Positions 37,410-48,705 of a stretch of 64,000 nt of DNA are shown here, piece by piece (position 1 is the stretch's first letter; the number at the start of each line of letters is the position of its first letter). The DNA lies in the NCBI GenBank assembly GCA_040285855.1, contig JAUFOQ010000016.1, positions 1,860,001-1,924,000 of the forward strand. The letters run 5' to 3'. This DNA is from Eukaryota sp. GEM-RC1 (taxonomy: Eukaryota). Under the pieces are notes generated by a model that ran no database searches, was not told where the DNA came from, and was given only the letters and a program-made list of their open reading frames with translations. The position numbers and the translations under genes were made by a program.

Positions 37410-39194
37410 CTATAAATTAAATAATCGGACAACTGAATCAGCCCCAGCAGTCGCAATCAATGAGCTATTTGAATGAGTACAGATTCCCCAAATAGAAGCA
37501 TCCTGATTTACTACATGGTGACTAGGAATATCAGAAATCATACTGCCATCCAATGCAGTTAAACGAAGTGTCGAATCATGCGAGGAAGAAACCAAAATGT
37601 TAGGGTTAGAACCCAGAAAAGTAACGTCTGAACAACTCTCAGCATGAACCTTCTTCCGCCAAATCAATCGTGGTTGACGAGTATCAATCAAACAAATACT
37701 TCCATCAGTCATTGCAGTCGCCATTAAACAAGTTTTAGGATGAGATGTTAGAGTGGAAATAGTAGTAGAAGGATCTTCTAAAGGTAACTCTAATGATGAC
37801 GTGACTTCTAACCGTGATAAGTCTACGAATTGAACCATTTGTTCACAAGCTACAGCTAGTAAGTGTATATAACAGGGCATGAAGGAGAGAGTAGAAAGAC
37901 CAGGTTTTAAAGGTACAACACTGATTCCATCCATTCCGATTCCCAAGGATTGCTCTTCACTAATTTTACTTAAATCATAGAACACGACAGTACCATCAGC
38001 TCCGCAAGAAGCAACTATATCATCGTGACTCGGATGAGCGGAAACTTGCCAGACAGCATCAGCGTGTTTAAACAAACATCCAGAGTAATAGGGAAGTCCT
38101 GTTTTGCATTCTGGAAAAGGATCTGCAGTGGGAAGATCAAACAAATGAACAGAACCATCTAAAGATCCAGCAAGTACTTTCTCACCATTGTTTAGAAAAC
38201 AAGAAGTTAACACTGGACTTTCTGATCCTCGTAGAATAGCCAGAGGTTTATAGTTGACATTGGAGGAGGAAGGTAAGGCGACAGAAGCAGACCAGAGTTG
38301 GATAAGTCCATCTTCTCCTCCAGATAGGAATGAATTAGAATTAGGAGCAAACTGAACGGTTCTAACTGCAGCTAAATGACCCCTGAGAGCAGCTGAACAT
38401 TGAAAAGAAGTGTAGTCAGTATTAGAAAAGTCTGTTGAAACTCCAAGATCTGATAACAATGAACAAATCTCTTTCTCATCATTATATGAGTTAGTCGGGG
38501 GTTCTTCAGGTTCATCAATTAAAGAAACATTTACTGGGAAGGACTCTGTACAAGGAGAGACTAGCTCAGAAGAGTCAATGGGTGTTCTGTAAGGTGTGGT
38601 GTTGGTTCCATCGGGATTACAAGGAGAAGAAACGGGGGAAGGGGGGAGTTTGTCTGGGGAAGCAGCAAGGACAGTGAGAGTAGGTTGAGGAGAAGCAATG
38701 AGGCGTTCTCTTATAGCACTTCCATGAGCAGCAGACAGACCAAGAGAAGAAATGACTAAGGAAATAGCGGATTTAGCAGAGTCTGAAGAGTTTGCAACAA
38801 GGATGCGGAGAACATCGAGAAGAGAAGTAGATAGAGAAGGGAACAAAGATAGAAGTTCACGATCAGCAGAGGGCATGGAATGTTGAGGCTGTGGCGTACT
38901 CATGACAGATGTGGTCTTGGGTAGAGTTAGTTCAATTGAAGCTCGTTGATTGGCTAGTAACTCAGCATACTTTTCACGTTCTTCTTTGAGAGTAGTTTCA
39001 AGCACAGAAATGTCTCGAGCAAGAAGTGAATTTGCCTGATTAGCTTTATTTAAAGCAGTTTGCAGTGAAGTTGTAGTTTCATTAAATTGTTTTTGTTGAC
39101 TGTCAAATTCTGCGCGTTCTCTATCAATAGTTCGTAGCTCAAGTTGAAGAACTGAAAGAGCGGCGGCCGCAGAAAGATTCCCTGGTGCTTTCAT
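37410..39194 (-). CDS. Striatin-family WD40 protein
   Basis: N-terminal LQ.E....RERAEF...I..LE..LKEER.KY striatin coiled coil and C-terminal WD40 repeats ending IATAGADSVVRLF. Confidence 0.8.
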   Translation of the reverse strand: MKAPGNLSAAAALSVLQLELRTIDRERAEFDSQQKQFNETTTSLQTALNKANQANSLLARDISVLETTLKEEREKYAELLANQRASIELTLPKTTSVMSTPQPQHSMPSADRELLSLFPSLSTSLLDVLRILVANSSDSAKSAISLVISSLGLSAAHGSAIRERLIASPQPTLTVLAASPDKLPPSPVSSPCNPDGTNTTPYRTPIDSSELVSPCTESFPVNVSLIDEPEEPPTNSYNDEKEICSLLSDLGVSTDFSNTDYTSFQCSAALRGHLAAVRTVQFAPNSNSFLSGGEDGLIQLWSASVALPSSSNVNYKPLAILRGSESPVLTSCFLNNGEKVLAGSLDGSVHLFDLPTADPFPECKTGLPYYSGCLFKHADAVWQVSAHPSHDDIVASCGADGTVVFYDLSKISEEQSLGIGMDGISVVPLKPGLSTLSFMPCYIHLLAVACEQMVQFVDLSRLEVTSSLELPLEDPSTTISTLTSHPKTCLMATAMTDGSICLIDTRQPRLIWRKKVHAESCSDVTFLGSNPNILVSSSHDSTLRLTALDGSMISDIPSHHVVNQDASIWGICTHSNSSLIATAGADSVVRLFNL

Positions 39195-39263
39195 TTATCA
39201 GCAAGTGAAAGGGTGATAGTGTTGGTGGAAAATTCTGGCTCCTCAAACGTCAACTCCAAAATC

Positions 39264-40202
39264 ATGTCTGACTCGATATCGTCTCAAATTGTGGATGTTT
39301 CTCACAAGGCAGATGCATCTGGGTATCTCTGTAAGTTTCCTGTTATTTTTGACAAAGCTCCATTGTTCCCTAACGACAACACCCTTTGTGGCCTAGTTCT
39401 TCGCCAGAGTAACTCTGTTCTTTTCAAAAAACCCAAGATTAACAAGGCTTTACTTGATGACGTACCATCAAACCCTTTCTTACCTCATCACCCCGATTCC
39501 TTTGTTACAGAACTCTCGCACTTTTACAACCTACTCTTAAACAAGTTTGTTGCTGTTCCCTGTCATTGTCTACTAGTGACGAAACAGTTTCTTCCACAAT
39601 GGCTTCCAGTGTGCTATATTGATTGTGAAGCCGTCGATCGCGTTTTAAAGGACATTGATGGCTTTGTTTTCTTTAACAACGGCCTCAACAGTGGAACAAG
39701 TCAACCTCACAAACACCTGCAGTTCATCCCACTTCCTCTTTCAAAAGAGGTGAACTGTCCACTACGAACTATGGTAGCCTCTATGAATGTTGACTTCTAT
39801 TCAGTTGCAACAATCAATCAGTTTTCATTCAAGCATGCTGTTGTTAAGTTCAAACACTTGGATTATACTCGACCAGACTTCCCAATGTTGATCCTGCGTG
39901 CCTATCAAGACATTGCATTGTTCTTAGGGATCAAGCCCTTCCTGTCACAGTATAGTGATTACTTAGCTCATGATTTTGATGATTTGCAGATTTATCATCA
40001 TGTTGAGCATTTGTTGCCAAGTTATTCCTTCATTGTTTTACGAGATTTTGTATTTATTACACTTCGAAAGTCATCTAATGCTTTCGGAATTGATCTTAAT
40101 TCTAGTGCATTCATGGGATCAATTTATGTCAAAACTAATGAGCAGTTTGAATTTGTTCGTGAAAATGGAATTATTAAAATATTAGAAGAATTGGCTGAAT
40201 AA
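39264..40202 (+). CDS. Ap4A phosphorylase / ATP adenylyltransferase (Apa1/2 family)
   Basis: NPFLP, LLNKF...P.H.LLVT..F..Q and FFNNG.NSG.SQPHKHLQF. Confidence 0.88.
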   Translation: MSDSISSQIVDVSHKADASGYLCKFPVIFDKAPLFPNDNTLCGLVLRQSNSVLFKKPKINKALLDDVPSNPFLPHHPDSFVTELSHFYNLLLNKFVAVPCHCLLVTKQFLPQWLPVCYIDCEAVDRVLKDIDGFVFFNNGLNSGTSQPHKHLQFIPLPLSKEVNCPLRTMVASMNVDFYSVATINQFSFKHAVVKFKHLDYTRPDFPMLILRAYQDIALFLGIKPFLSQYSDYLAHDFDDLQIYHHVEHLLPSYSFIVLRDFVFITLRKSSNAFGIDLNSSAFMGSIYVKTNEQFEFVRENGIIKILEELAE

Positions 40203-40514
40203 TTTCCCCTCCCATTTCCCCTTTAATACCGTTAGTTTTATCGTAAAGGTATTCCACAGAGTAGAATCTCTGCTTAATATAAAACATGTACAAATTAAGT
40301 TCAATGAATAGTAATGAATCACCATTGCCTATTAAAAAACCCGTAAAATTTGTTCTCATTTTGTTAAAATTTCTGGAAAAATCACCAGTCACTTCCGGAG
40401 GAAGATCTCGAAGAAAATGATTACTTTTTCCTGCGAAACAGGCCTGTGACATTGCAAGAGACACGTATTAGCCAACATCTAAATCCAAGATTTCTCTTAA
40501 TTGGGAATAAATGG

Positions 40515-41382
40515 AATTATTCTTGTTTTCTAACAATTTCTTGGTCTCAGTAGTGTTTACTTTGAATTTCACGGACTTTTTGTGGACCTCGAAGATTATT
40601 AATTCTGATTATTGCTCTGATTTCCTAGCGAATGGCAAAGGAAAAACTAATATGAAATCACAATTAAACAAGATTGTTTTTATACATTACCTAACCTTCA
40701 TTCTGGCCTAGCAAAATCAAAATTGATCTCACAAGAACGCGACTGAATCCTTGGATGATCTTGGATAAGTTGACAATACAGTTAATAAAGTTGTATCTTT
40801 AGAGAAGCTTCTAAGGTGTATTGTTTCCATATTACTAACTAAAGTCACACTCAACCAAAAATGCCATGATTGAACTAATACATGAGCATGGCTTCCAAAT
40901 TGTACAGATGCAATTAGATCTTTGATATTCGAACGACTTAAAAAAACTTAATTATTCTTGTTTTCTAACAATTTCTTGGTCTCAGTAGTGTTTACTTTGA
41001 ATTTCACGGACTTTTGTGGACCTCGAAGATTATTAATTCTGATTATTGCTCTGATTTCCTAGCGAATGGCAAAGGAAAAACTAATATGAAATCACAATTA
41101 AACAAGATTGTTTTTATACATTACCTAACCTTCATTCTGGCCTAGCAAAATCAAAATTGATCTCACAAGAACGCGACTGAATCCTTGGATGATCTTGGAT
41201 AAGTTGACAATACAGTTAATAAAGTTGTATCTTTAGAGAAGCTTCTAAGGTGTATTGTTTCCATATTACTAACTAAAGTCACACTCAACCAAAAATGCCA
41301 TGATTGAACTAATACATGAGCATGGCTTCCAAATTGTACAGATGCAATTAGATCTTTGATATTCGAACGACTTAAAAAAACT
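40515..41382. repeat. Tandem duplication of a ~434-bp unit
   Basis: 40515-40948 and 40950-41382 appear identical except for a T5/T4 run. Confidence 0.95.
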
Positions 41383-41518
41383 GAAGTTATTAACGAGGAA
41401 GTTTAAACAAACAAAAATGCCATGATTGAACTAATACATGAGCATGGCGGTGTACATGGAGTACATGGCGACCATTTACATCTGTTAATCTGTTCTTCTT
41501 CTGAATTGTCCAGAGAAA

Positions 41519-41845
41519 CTAAGATATACCATCAAGCTCTTGCTCAAGATGTTCCAATTGTATCTGAAGATTGGAAATTTTGAATAATGTTACGTAAACA
41601 ATGTGATCCGTAGTAAATGGTATTCTAGTTGGTGGGTTTGAATACATCACAAAGTCGAAACAAAGTTCCCAAAACGGCTGTTGGGTCAGCCACTGGGAAT
41701 GCCCAGGCTCGTAAAGAGCGTACAGTCTCGCAAGAAGACAGCCATATACAGCAATCCGTTGTTTGGAACAGAACTGTTCATCAATGGCCAGACACACATG
41801 GGGCTCGAAGAATTTGCCAATGGTGGTACCGAGTGTAATGGTCAT
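41519..41845 (-). CDS. Truncated paralog of the Fanzor N-terminus (108 aa; may be a pseudogene)
   Basis: Colinear with the first ~95 aa of the 48706 protein: KFF.P, QF, AV...LLAR, WLT.Q.FW..CF.FV..S.P, PF..D..VY..L. Confidence 0.8.
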   Translation of the reverse strand: MTITLGTTIGKFFEPHVCLAIDEQFCSKQRIAVYGCLLARLYALYEPGHSQWLTQQPFWELCFDFVMYSNPPTRIPFTTDHIVYVTLFKISNLQIQLEHLEQELDGIS

Positions 41846-43111
41846 GTGGTGATTTTGATGATTTACATTCAGTTTCCATTCAATTTTAGAAGGTTTTTTA
41901 TCTTAACTATTTTATTCAAAAGAATATACATCCGTGAATGTGGTCAACGCCAATTGAATGTAATGGGTTGTGAATTCGTAATCTTACTCTATGTTTCATA
42001 CAGATACACATTTAAGAAACATTGATTGGTCATATGTTTCATGCATTTCACAACTTCTGTAAGCTGTGGGACTTCCTCTACCAGTAAGAATTATCAATTA
42101 CAATTTGTAACTTGGTCTCTTACATTCTATAGTCTTGGACTTCACATTTGGAGCCCAACACTAACCTTTCTTCTCTTCACACACTTTCCTTCTCAAAATA
42201 CTGTTCATAGCACTTCCTTTCTCCTTCTGTTCTCCTCTTTTGCTTTGATATAAATAAGGGACTACGGCTTTGGTAGAGACGTTGTGCTGGAGGAAGATTC
42301 TGTTGTTGTGGTGATACTCCTTCATGTATCTCAGATATACTTGCTGTCTTGTGTTCCTCATAGCTATCTCTTTCTTTGGTATACTGTATCATCTTGAATG
42401 ACGGCAATTTATCACTGCCTTGTCTTTGAACTCACCAGTATCATCAGTAGAATAGCCCGCCTTTTAGCTTTTATTTCACTTTTTATGAGTCATGACTTTG
42501 TTTTCCGATATTTACGTGGGTGTACAGTGTTCGTGATCAGTTCATGAACCACTGTTCTTCACATGATATATGTAAGATGGTGTTAGACTATGGTACTTTC
42601 AGCACTAGCTATTTATTGAGAATATACATACGTTTACCTAATAAAACGATCACACATATCTGCTATACACAGAGCTTCGATAACTCGGGACTACACACAA
42701 AGGAAATGGAGAAATTGGCTTACCACATAAGAACCCAAGATGGTTGTTATCTAGACATAAGTAGTTTCAAGCAGCCCTTAGGTTTACAAGTAACAAGACT
42801 GACATGTAATGTTTGGCATTGATCATGTCAAAAGTGTATACCAGTTTGAAGGAGTCAGGAGAGTCAAGGATTATGAGTTTGGACACACTATTACAGAGAC
42901 ACTGGAAGGAAAAGACGGATATGAATGCATTTTGATGTGAACAGTCTGTGGGAAAGAGCTGTAAGAAAGTTGTGAAATATGCATTTCAGGTGAAAAGCAC
43001 AGTAGTAGTAGAAGAATATGACAAAATTATTTTCAAGACTTACTTATTTTCATTACATTTGGGAGGGAGGGTGGGTTTCTTCCTCTCGTGTACACCTCTT
43101 TTGAACGTTCT

Positions 43112-43399
43112 CAATGTAGGATGAGTTCCAGCTCTCCTCTCTCTACACCGCTCCAACTGCACCGCTCCAATGTATTGTGGGTTCTTCTGTATCTCCAATT
43201 TCGTTCCGTTCAGACTTCACTAAAGCTTTGATTGCAAAGGGATTGGGGATGAAGTATCCAATGTAGGATGAGTTCCAGCTCTCCTCTCTCTACACCGCTC
43301 CAACTGCACCGCTCCAATGTATTGTGGGTTCTTCTGTATCTCCAATTCCGTTCCGTTCAGACTTCACTAAAGCTTTGATTGCAAAGGGATTGGGGATGA
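43112..43399. repeat. Tandem duplication, 147-bp period
   Basis: 43112-43252 and 43259-43399 are near-identical (one substitution seen). Confidence 0.95.
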
Positions 43400-43543
43400 C
43401 GTAGTTGTAGTTGTAGTTTTATATGTATTTTGACTGGGCCAATGTCTTTTGATTGTTGAGCCTAGTCATGTTGGGTTTTCCTTCTTTATTCGTTTTCACT
43501 GTGTGATTTTGAATTTAGAATGAAAGTCTCAAATAAATACAAC

Positions 43544-44116
43544 TCAACAACCGCAACCTGAGCGACGCTGTAATAGATTTAAAGTCTCATCTGAATCACA
43601 CGACTCAACCTGAGCTGATACACACAAATCTGCAATAGTTTCAAACACTTCAACAACACTATCGTTAAGTTTGGCTGAAGTATCAAAATACGGCATTTTC
43701 TTCAACACTGCAAACTCCTCAGCTTGAGTAGTGCTGATAACACGTTGCGCAGTCAGGTCAGTTTTGTTACCAACTATCAGAGCCTGGAAGTTCTCAGGAC
43801 AATGTGATTGAGCTTCTTGTATCCAAGATGACATAGATTCAAAAGAAGACCGATTGGTCACGTCAAATACAAAGATGACTGCTTGAGCTTGACGAAATGA
43901 ACTCAAAGTAATAGAACGGAAGCGCTCCTGTCCACCTGTATCGAAAAGACGTAAAGTTATTGATTTGTCTCGAACAGATACTACTCTAGACATATAATTG
44001 ATTCCAATAGTTGAAACTGTATTTGCAGGAAATTCCCCATTGAGAAAGGTGTGCAGTAAGCTTGTTTTTCCCACACCGGAATCACCAATTAACAGGAGAG
44101 AAACTGAAGAAGTCAT
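43544..44116 (-). CDS. Rab-family small GTPase
   Basis: GDSGVGKT, STIG, DTGGQERFRSIT, GNKTD, TSAK and a C-terminal CGC. Confidence 0.93.
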   Translation of the reverse strand: MTSSVSLLLIGDSGVGKTSLLHTFLNGEFPANTVSTIGINYMSRVVSVRDKSITLRLFDTGGQERFRSITLSSFRQAQAVIFVFDVTNRSSFESMSSWIQEAQSHCPENFQALIVGNKTDLTAQRVISTTQAEEFAVLKKMPYFDTSAKLNDSVVEVFETIADLCVSAQVESCDSDETLNLLQRRSGCGC

Positions 44117-44154
44117 AGAGAGGTTTTGGTGATTAGTTCAATTCTCAATTCAAG

Positions 44155-45255
44155 ATGACCACACCATCTCTTGTTCTATCGTTGTCGTTAGATTCTTTGT
44201 TTGCACTTTCCTTCAATGGTGAACACAGTTCTCTAGATCCTCAATTATGTGTTGCCAAAAATTTCTCATACGATCAACTCACCGTAACTGTCCTTTTCCT
44301 TCCTAGTATACCTTCAGCTTCTTTATCCTCTTTTCCTCCATGTATACAGCAGCTCCCAGGTCTTGATTCTCTCACCAACGATCCCTCTTCAATCTCTTCA
44401 ATCCTTTCCCACCGTACATCCTTTGTTGTAGCACCCCATTCTCACAACATTGCAACTCCTTTCGTTTCTCTTTCAAAACAGATTAATTGTTGCTTTGTCC
44501 TAGTTACCCCTGGACATTCTGTTACTCTAAATCTCTTCCAACAACCCTTTCGTCACTTAGTTTTTCCTTTTCCTTTTATCAGTACTCTTCTTTCAGAGCA
44601 GGAGCCCAAACTGAAGGGGAAATTGAGTCGACCGAATGAGTGTATCTTTTGTTTGGGGAAGTTTGGGTCATTATTGCGAAGTTTTGACCGATGTCACGTT
44701 TCTTTAGTTCAAAATTCAAAATTTCAAATATTTCCGCATTTTTCTATTTACTCTGTTGAACATTTGAATTTGCGCCAATTTGTTGATAATTATGACGTTG
44801 ATCCGATTTTTGAACTCTGCAAACTAGTTTCGATCAATTTCTTTGAAAATTTTGCAGATTCGGATGATTTCTTTGTTTGTTTTTCTGAGTTTTCCTCCAA
44901 GTCATCAACTGAACATGTTGTTTTTGATCTCTTTCCAATCAAATCTGATGGGTCACAACTTTTTCTGCACTCATTGCAAAATCAATCAATTCTGATTGAA
45001 GAAATACCTGCTGTTTCCGATCTTAATTCTTCTATCACGTCATTGGACCCTTCTTGTCAATTTGGACTGGTGTTCTTGTTTTCTAGAGATTTCTCAGCTA
45101 TTTACCTCCTCAAAAGTCATCAAAAGTCAATCAAAAGTGATCTCATCAAACACGTGGTCTTGCCGTTTCTGGACGACTGGGACACGGAAAAGGGTGATTA
45201 TAAATCTGTTTTTGATAACTTCCAAAAGTTTTTTAAAGGAGTATTTGGTTTTTAG
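44155..45255 (+). CDS. Hypothetical protein
   Basis: 366-aa ATG ORF, divergent from the Rab gene with 38 bp between starts. Confidence 0.6.
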   Translation: MTTPSLVLSLSLDSLFALSFNGEHSSLDPQLCVAKNFSYDQLTVTVLFLPSIPSASLSSFPPCIQQLPGLDSLTNDPSSISSILSHRTSFVVAPHSHNIATPFVSLSKQINCCFVLVTPGHSVTLNLFQQPFRHLVFPFPFISTLLSEQEPKLKGKLSRPNECIFCLGKFGSLLRSFDRCHVSLVQNSKFQIFPHFSIYSVEHLNLRQFVDNYDVDPIFELCKLVSINFFENFADSDDFFVCFSEFSSKSSTEHVVFDLFPIKSDGSQLFLHSLQNQSILIEEIPAVSDLNSSITSLDPSCQFGLVFLFSRDFSAIYLLKSHQKSIKSDLIKHVVLPFLDDWDTEKGDYKSVFDNFQKFFKGVFGF

Positions 45256-46263
45256 TCTGTGATTTTCGTTTTCAGAACAACTTTATTTCTAAAATTGCGA
45301 ATTATGCTGTAACTCCAACAGTCCATCATTACTGTTATTTTCTTGTTTAGTTCACTTTATAGTCATTATTATGACTTCTTCTCTGGTTGAATGTGTTATG
45401 TTCTCGTCATAATATGAATTACGTGAACACGGTGTATATTGTCTCCTTGTACTTCGTGTTTTTTAATACCATTTTGGGTAATATATCTAGTTACTTCCCA
45501 AAAATACCGAACTGCCCTGTTTTCTTGAATTTTTCCTGTTCTTTGATAGTGCAACAGTTACTCCAAAATAGAAACTGGCTGTCACAAAATATATAAAGAA
45601 GTGACTTGTGCCTATTATTTTTATAATGCAACTGTTTTTGAAGCTGGAATGGAGTGTTCAAGTTTTATAAAGTACAACTTTTCATTCGCTTGGCAGGTAA
45701 AACAAACGGTCAAATTAGGTTGAATCATACAAATGTTCATGATCGTTTCTGTGTTCAAAAATAACAATTAGCCTGGATTAAACTACTGTAATTAAATCCC
45801 AGGCTATTATAAAATTCAGACTATTTAAACCGTTTAATGTCACTAAGGTATGTATAAAGGAGTCCGTGTCCGTATTCAATTCTCAATTTTCAAAAGTGGT
45901 ATTCATAATTTGTTTTATCATTTGTTCTGACTGATTTGAAAACCTCTTGAAGATCAATCAAACTCTGATCTGAAGATTCCACATGCATGAAGTGTTTCAT
46001 CACTGTTACTACATTGTAGTAGCAGTTTTTGAACCAAATCTTCAACATTGTTAAAAAGAGTCTCAATGACTCAAGAAGTAGTGGGCCGCCATGGTTTAAA
46101 GGCACTGTTCAAAGAAGCAAATTCTGTTGTTATATCTCTTTACAAAATGTTTGTAATTGTTTGCACAATTCATTAGCATTAGTGTTAACAGCTTAGAATG
46201 AATGTTAATAAAACTACATGTAATTACTGTTTTTGAAGACTGAATTTTCCATTTTTTCAACTA

Positions 46264-48456
46264 ATGAGTAAACTAGTCTTCAACAGCATTAAAGGACATC
46301 CCACTACTTTGGCCTGTGCTATTGCATCTGAGCGAAAAGAACTACCAGCGTCCTTCAACTATGTGGATTATCAACATTTCCCTGTTGTTTTAGACACGGC
46401 AAGAGGTCCTTTAGTGGATCCCATTGCACTACTCTATGTCATTGATCCTTCCCTGTTCCCTGCTTCCCAGCTATCCCACATCTTCACTCTCATCAATCAA
46501 TGTGTTTACTTCCTCTCCAAGGCTCGTCTTTTCCTAGCAAATGCCACTGGTTCTGCTTCGATTAAACCTGATCTAGTAGAACGTTCCAGTCAATTCATAT
46601 CCGATTTCATCAACTCTCTATCATCTAACATTTCTTCTCCCAATCACTTCTTCATTGGAGATTCCCTTACTGCTGCTGATATCGTGATCTTTTCCTACCT
46701 CTTCCCCTTCCTTTCATCTCAGTCAAACCTCTTTTCATCACCCCCTGAACCTCTTGTATCTTGGTTTAATCATCTCTCTTCAATCTCCTCCTTCCATAAC
46801 GCCATCGCTCTTGTCTGTAGCACCCCTGAACACGTTCTCTCTTCCCTTAAACTTTTCATTGAAGTTCTCCCTTCAGAAGTCCAACCCCACCAACTTTCCA
46901 CCCCCTCCAAAACCCCCGTCTACATCACCACTCCTATCTACTACGTCAATGGCACCCCCCACGTTGGTCATGTTTACACTACCCTACTATGCGACGTTGT
47001 CTCTAGATGGTATAGAACCAGAGGACTTCCTGTTTACTTCCAAACTGGTACTGACGAACATGGTCAGAAGGTAGCAGAGTCTGCAATTGCTAAGGGTTTA
47101 ACACCTAAACAAATGTGTGATGAGGTTTCAACTATGTTTAAGGACGTTTTTGATAACTTTAATTTGAGTTATGATCGATTTATCAGAACCACTGACGAAG
47201 ATCACGGTAAGGCTGTTGCTGTTATGTGGAATAAGCTCAAAGACAACGGGCACATCTACATGGGTGTCCACGAGGGCTGGTACTGCCTTTCAGATGAGGC
47301 CTTCTTGACAGAGAGTCAGGTGGAGGACAAGGAGATCAATGGAGAGGTTGTTAAGGTCTCCAAAGAGAGTGGAAATAAGGTTGTAAGATTCAAAGAAGAG
47401 AATTATATGTTTAGGTTATCATCTTTCCAAGACAAGTTGTTAGAGTATTTCGAAAAGAACCCTGATTTCATTGTTCCAAAGTTTAGACAGTCTGAAGTTG
47501 AACAATTTATCAGATCTGGTCTTTGTGACTTCTCTGTGTCAAGATCTAATGTTTCATGGGGAATCAAAGTTCCTGACGATCCTTCTCACACAATCTATGT
47601 CTGGATAGATGCCCTTACTAACTACTTGACTGGTATTGGCTTTCCTAATGAGAATAAAGGATGGCCAGCTGACGTCCACGTACTAGCTAAGGATATCACG
47701 CGATTCCATGCTATCTATTGGCCAGCAATGCTCATGGGAGCGGGACTAGAGATTCCAAAGAAGTTAGTTATTCACGGATGGTGGACTGCTAATAAGACCA
47801 AAATTTCAAAAAGTTTGGGAAATGTATTTGATCCTTTTGAAGTAGCTCAGAAGCACGGTCTGGATGTTCTTCGTTACTTCTTGTGTCGTGAAGCCTCCAT
47901 GGCTACTGACGGTGATTACAGTGAGAATGCTTTGATTGCTAGAAAGAACAGTGATTTGGCCAATGATCTCGGAAACCTTCTATGTAGAGCTGTTTCTGTC
48001 TCTCTGGTTCCCAATCAAACTGTCCCTACGTGTGGGGAGTTGATTGAAGAGGATAACGTGATTGTGAGTGCAGTTAATAACCTGCCTATTTTGTATGATC
48101 AGGCTTTAGAGAACTTCAATATCCAAGGAGGTTTGAAGGAAGTTTGGTGTGTCTTGGATCTTTTGAATAAGTATATCGTTGATCAAGCTCCTTGGAGGAC
48201 TATGAAAGTGGGATCAGATGAAGCCAAGGCAAGGGTAGAAACAAACATGTATGTATTGGCTGAGTCACTGAGAATTGTTGCTTGTTGTTTATCTTCAGTT
48301 ATGCCTCAAGTTTGTGATATAATCTTTGATCAACTTGCTGTTCCTAAAGAGTTAAGGACAGGTGATGATAGTTTTAATTTTGGACTGTTACCAGCTGGGT
48401 TGAAGTATCCTGAAGAAAAAGCTATTCTTTTTGAGAAAACGAAGTTAGAGGAATAA
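46264..48456 (+). CDS. Methionyl-tRNA synthetase with N-terminal GST-like domain
   Basis: FFIGDSLTAADI (GST-C-like), YITTPIYYVNGTPHVGH, GTDEHGQK, YVWIDAL, KDITRFH, KISKSLGN, LANDLGNL. Confidence 0.95.
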   Translation: MSKLVFNSIKGHPTTLACAIASERKELPASFNYVDYQHFPVVLDTARGPLVDPIALLYVIDPSLFPASQLSHIFTLINQCVYFLSKARLFLANATGSASIKPDLVERSSQFISDFINSLSSNISSPNHFFIGDSLTAADIVIFSYLFPFLSSQSNLFSSPPEPLVSWFNHLSSISSFHNAIALVCSTPEHVLSSLKLFIEVLPSEVQPHQLSTPSKTPVYITTPIYYVNGTPHVGHVYTTLLCDVVSRWYRTRGLPVYFQTGTDEHGQKVAESAIAKGLTPKQMCDEVSTMFKDVFDNFNLSYDRFIRTTDEDHGKAVAVMWNKLKDNGHIYMGVHEGWYCLSDEAFLTESQVEDKEINGEVVKVSKESGNKVVRFKEENYMFRLSSFQDKLLEYFEKNPDFIVPKFRQSEVEQFIRSGLCDFSVSRSNVSWGIKVPDDPSHTIYVWIDALTNYLTGIGFPNENKGWPADVHVLAKDITRFHAIYWPAMLMGAGLEIPKKLVIHGWWTANKTKISKSLGNVFDPFEVAQKHGLDVLRYFLCREASMATDGDYSENALIARKNSDLANDLGNLLCRAVSVSLVPNQTVPTCGELIEEDNVIVSAVNNLPILYDQALENFNIQGGLKEVWCVLDLLNKYIVDQAPWRTMKVGSDEAKARVETNMYVLAESLRIVACCLSSVMPQVCDIIFDQLAVPKELRTGDDSFNFGLLPAGLKYPEEKAILFEKTKLEE

Positions 48457-48705
48457 TGGAAAAATCTTAGTTCTTCTGAATCAATAAATATCCAGATGGA
48501 TCATGTTTTTCTGTCATCTTGCAGAAGATCTACAAACTCCACCAGGACAAGCTAGCACATGTAGTAAAGATTTGGATAAGAACATTCGACAAACAGAAGC
48601 TTGGTGTTGTATCATTTTCAGATGTTGACGCAATGAAACATACTGTAGTTCCTCCATAAACCCAACATACAATAAAATCCACAATATTTCATAAATTTAT
48701 TGAAC

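Noticed and set aside
40856..41448. CRISPR array from three ~36-bp repeats
   Set aside because: Spacing is very unequal, two copies belong to a larger duplication, there are no cas genes and the context is eukaryotic.
42026..43050. Short ORFs as a transposase for the mini-Fanzor
   Set aside because: No DDE, HUH, serine- or tyrosine-recombinase motif that I can recognise.
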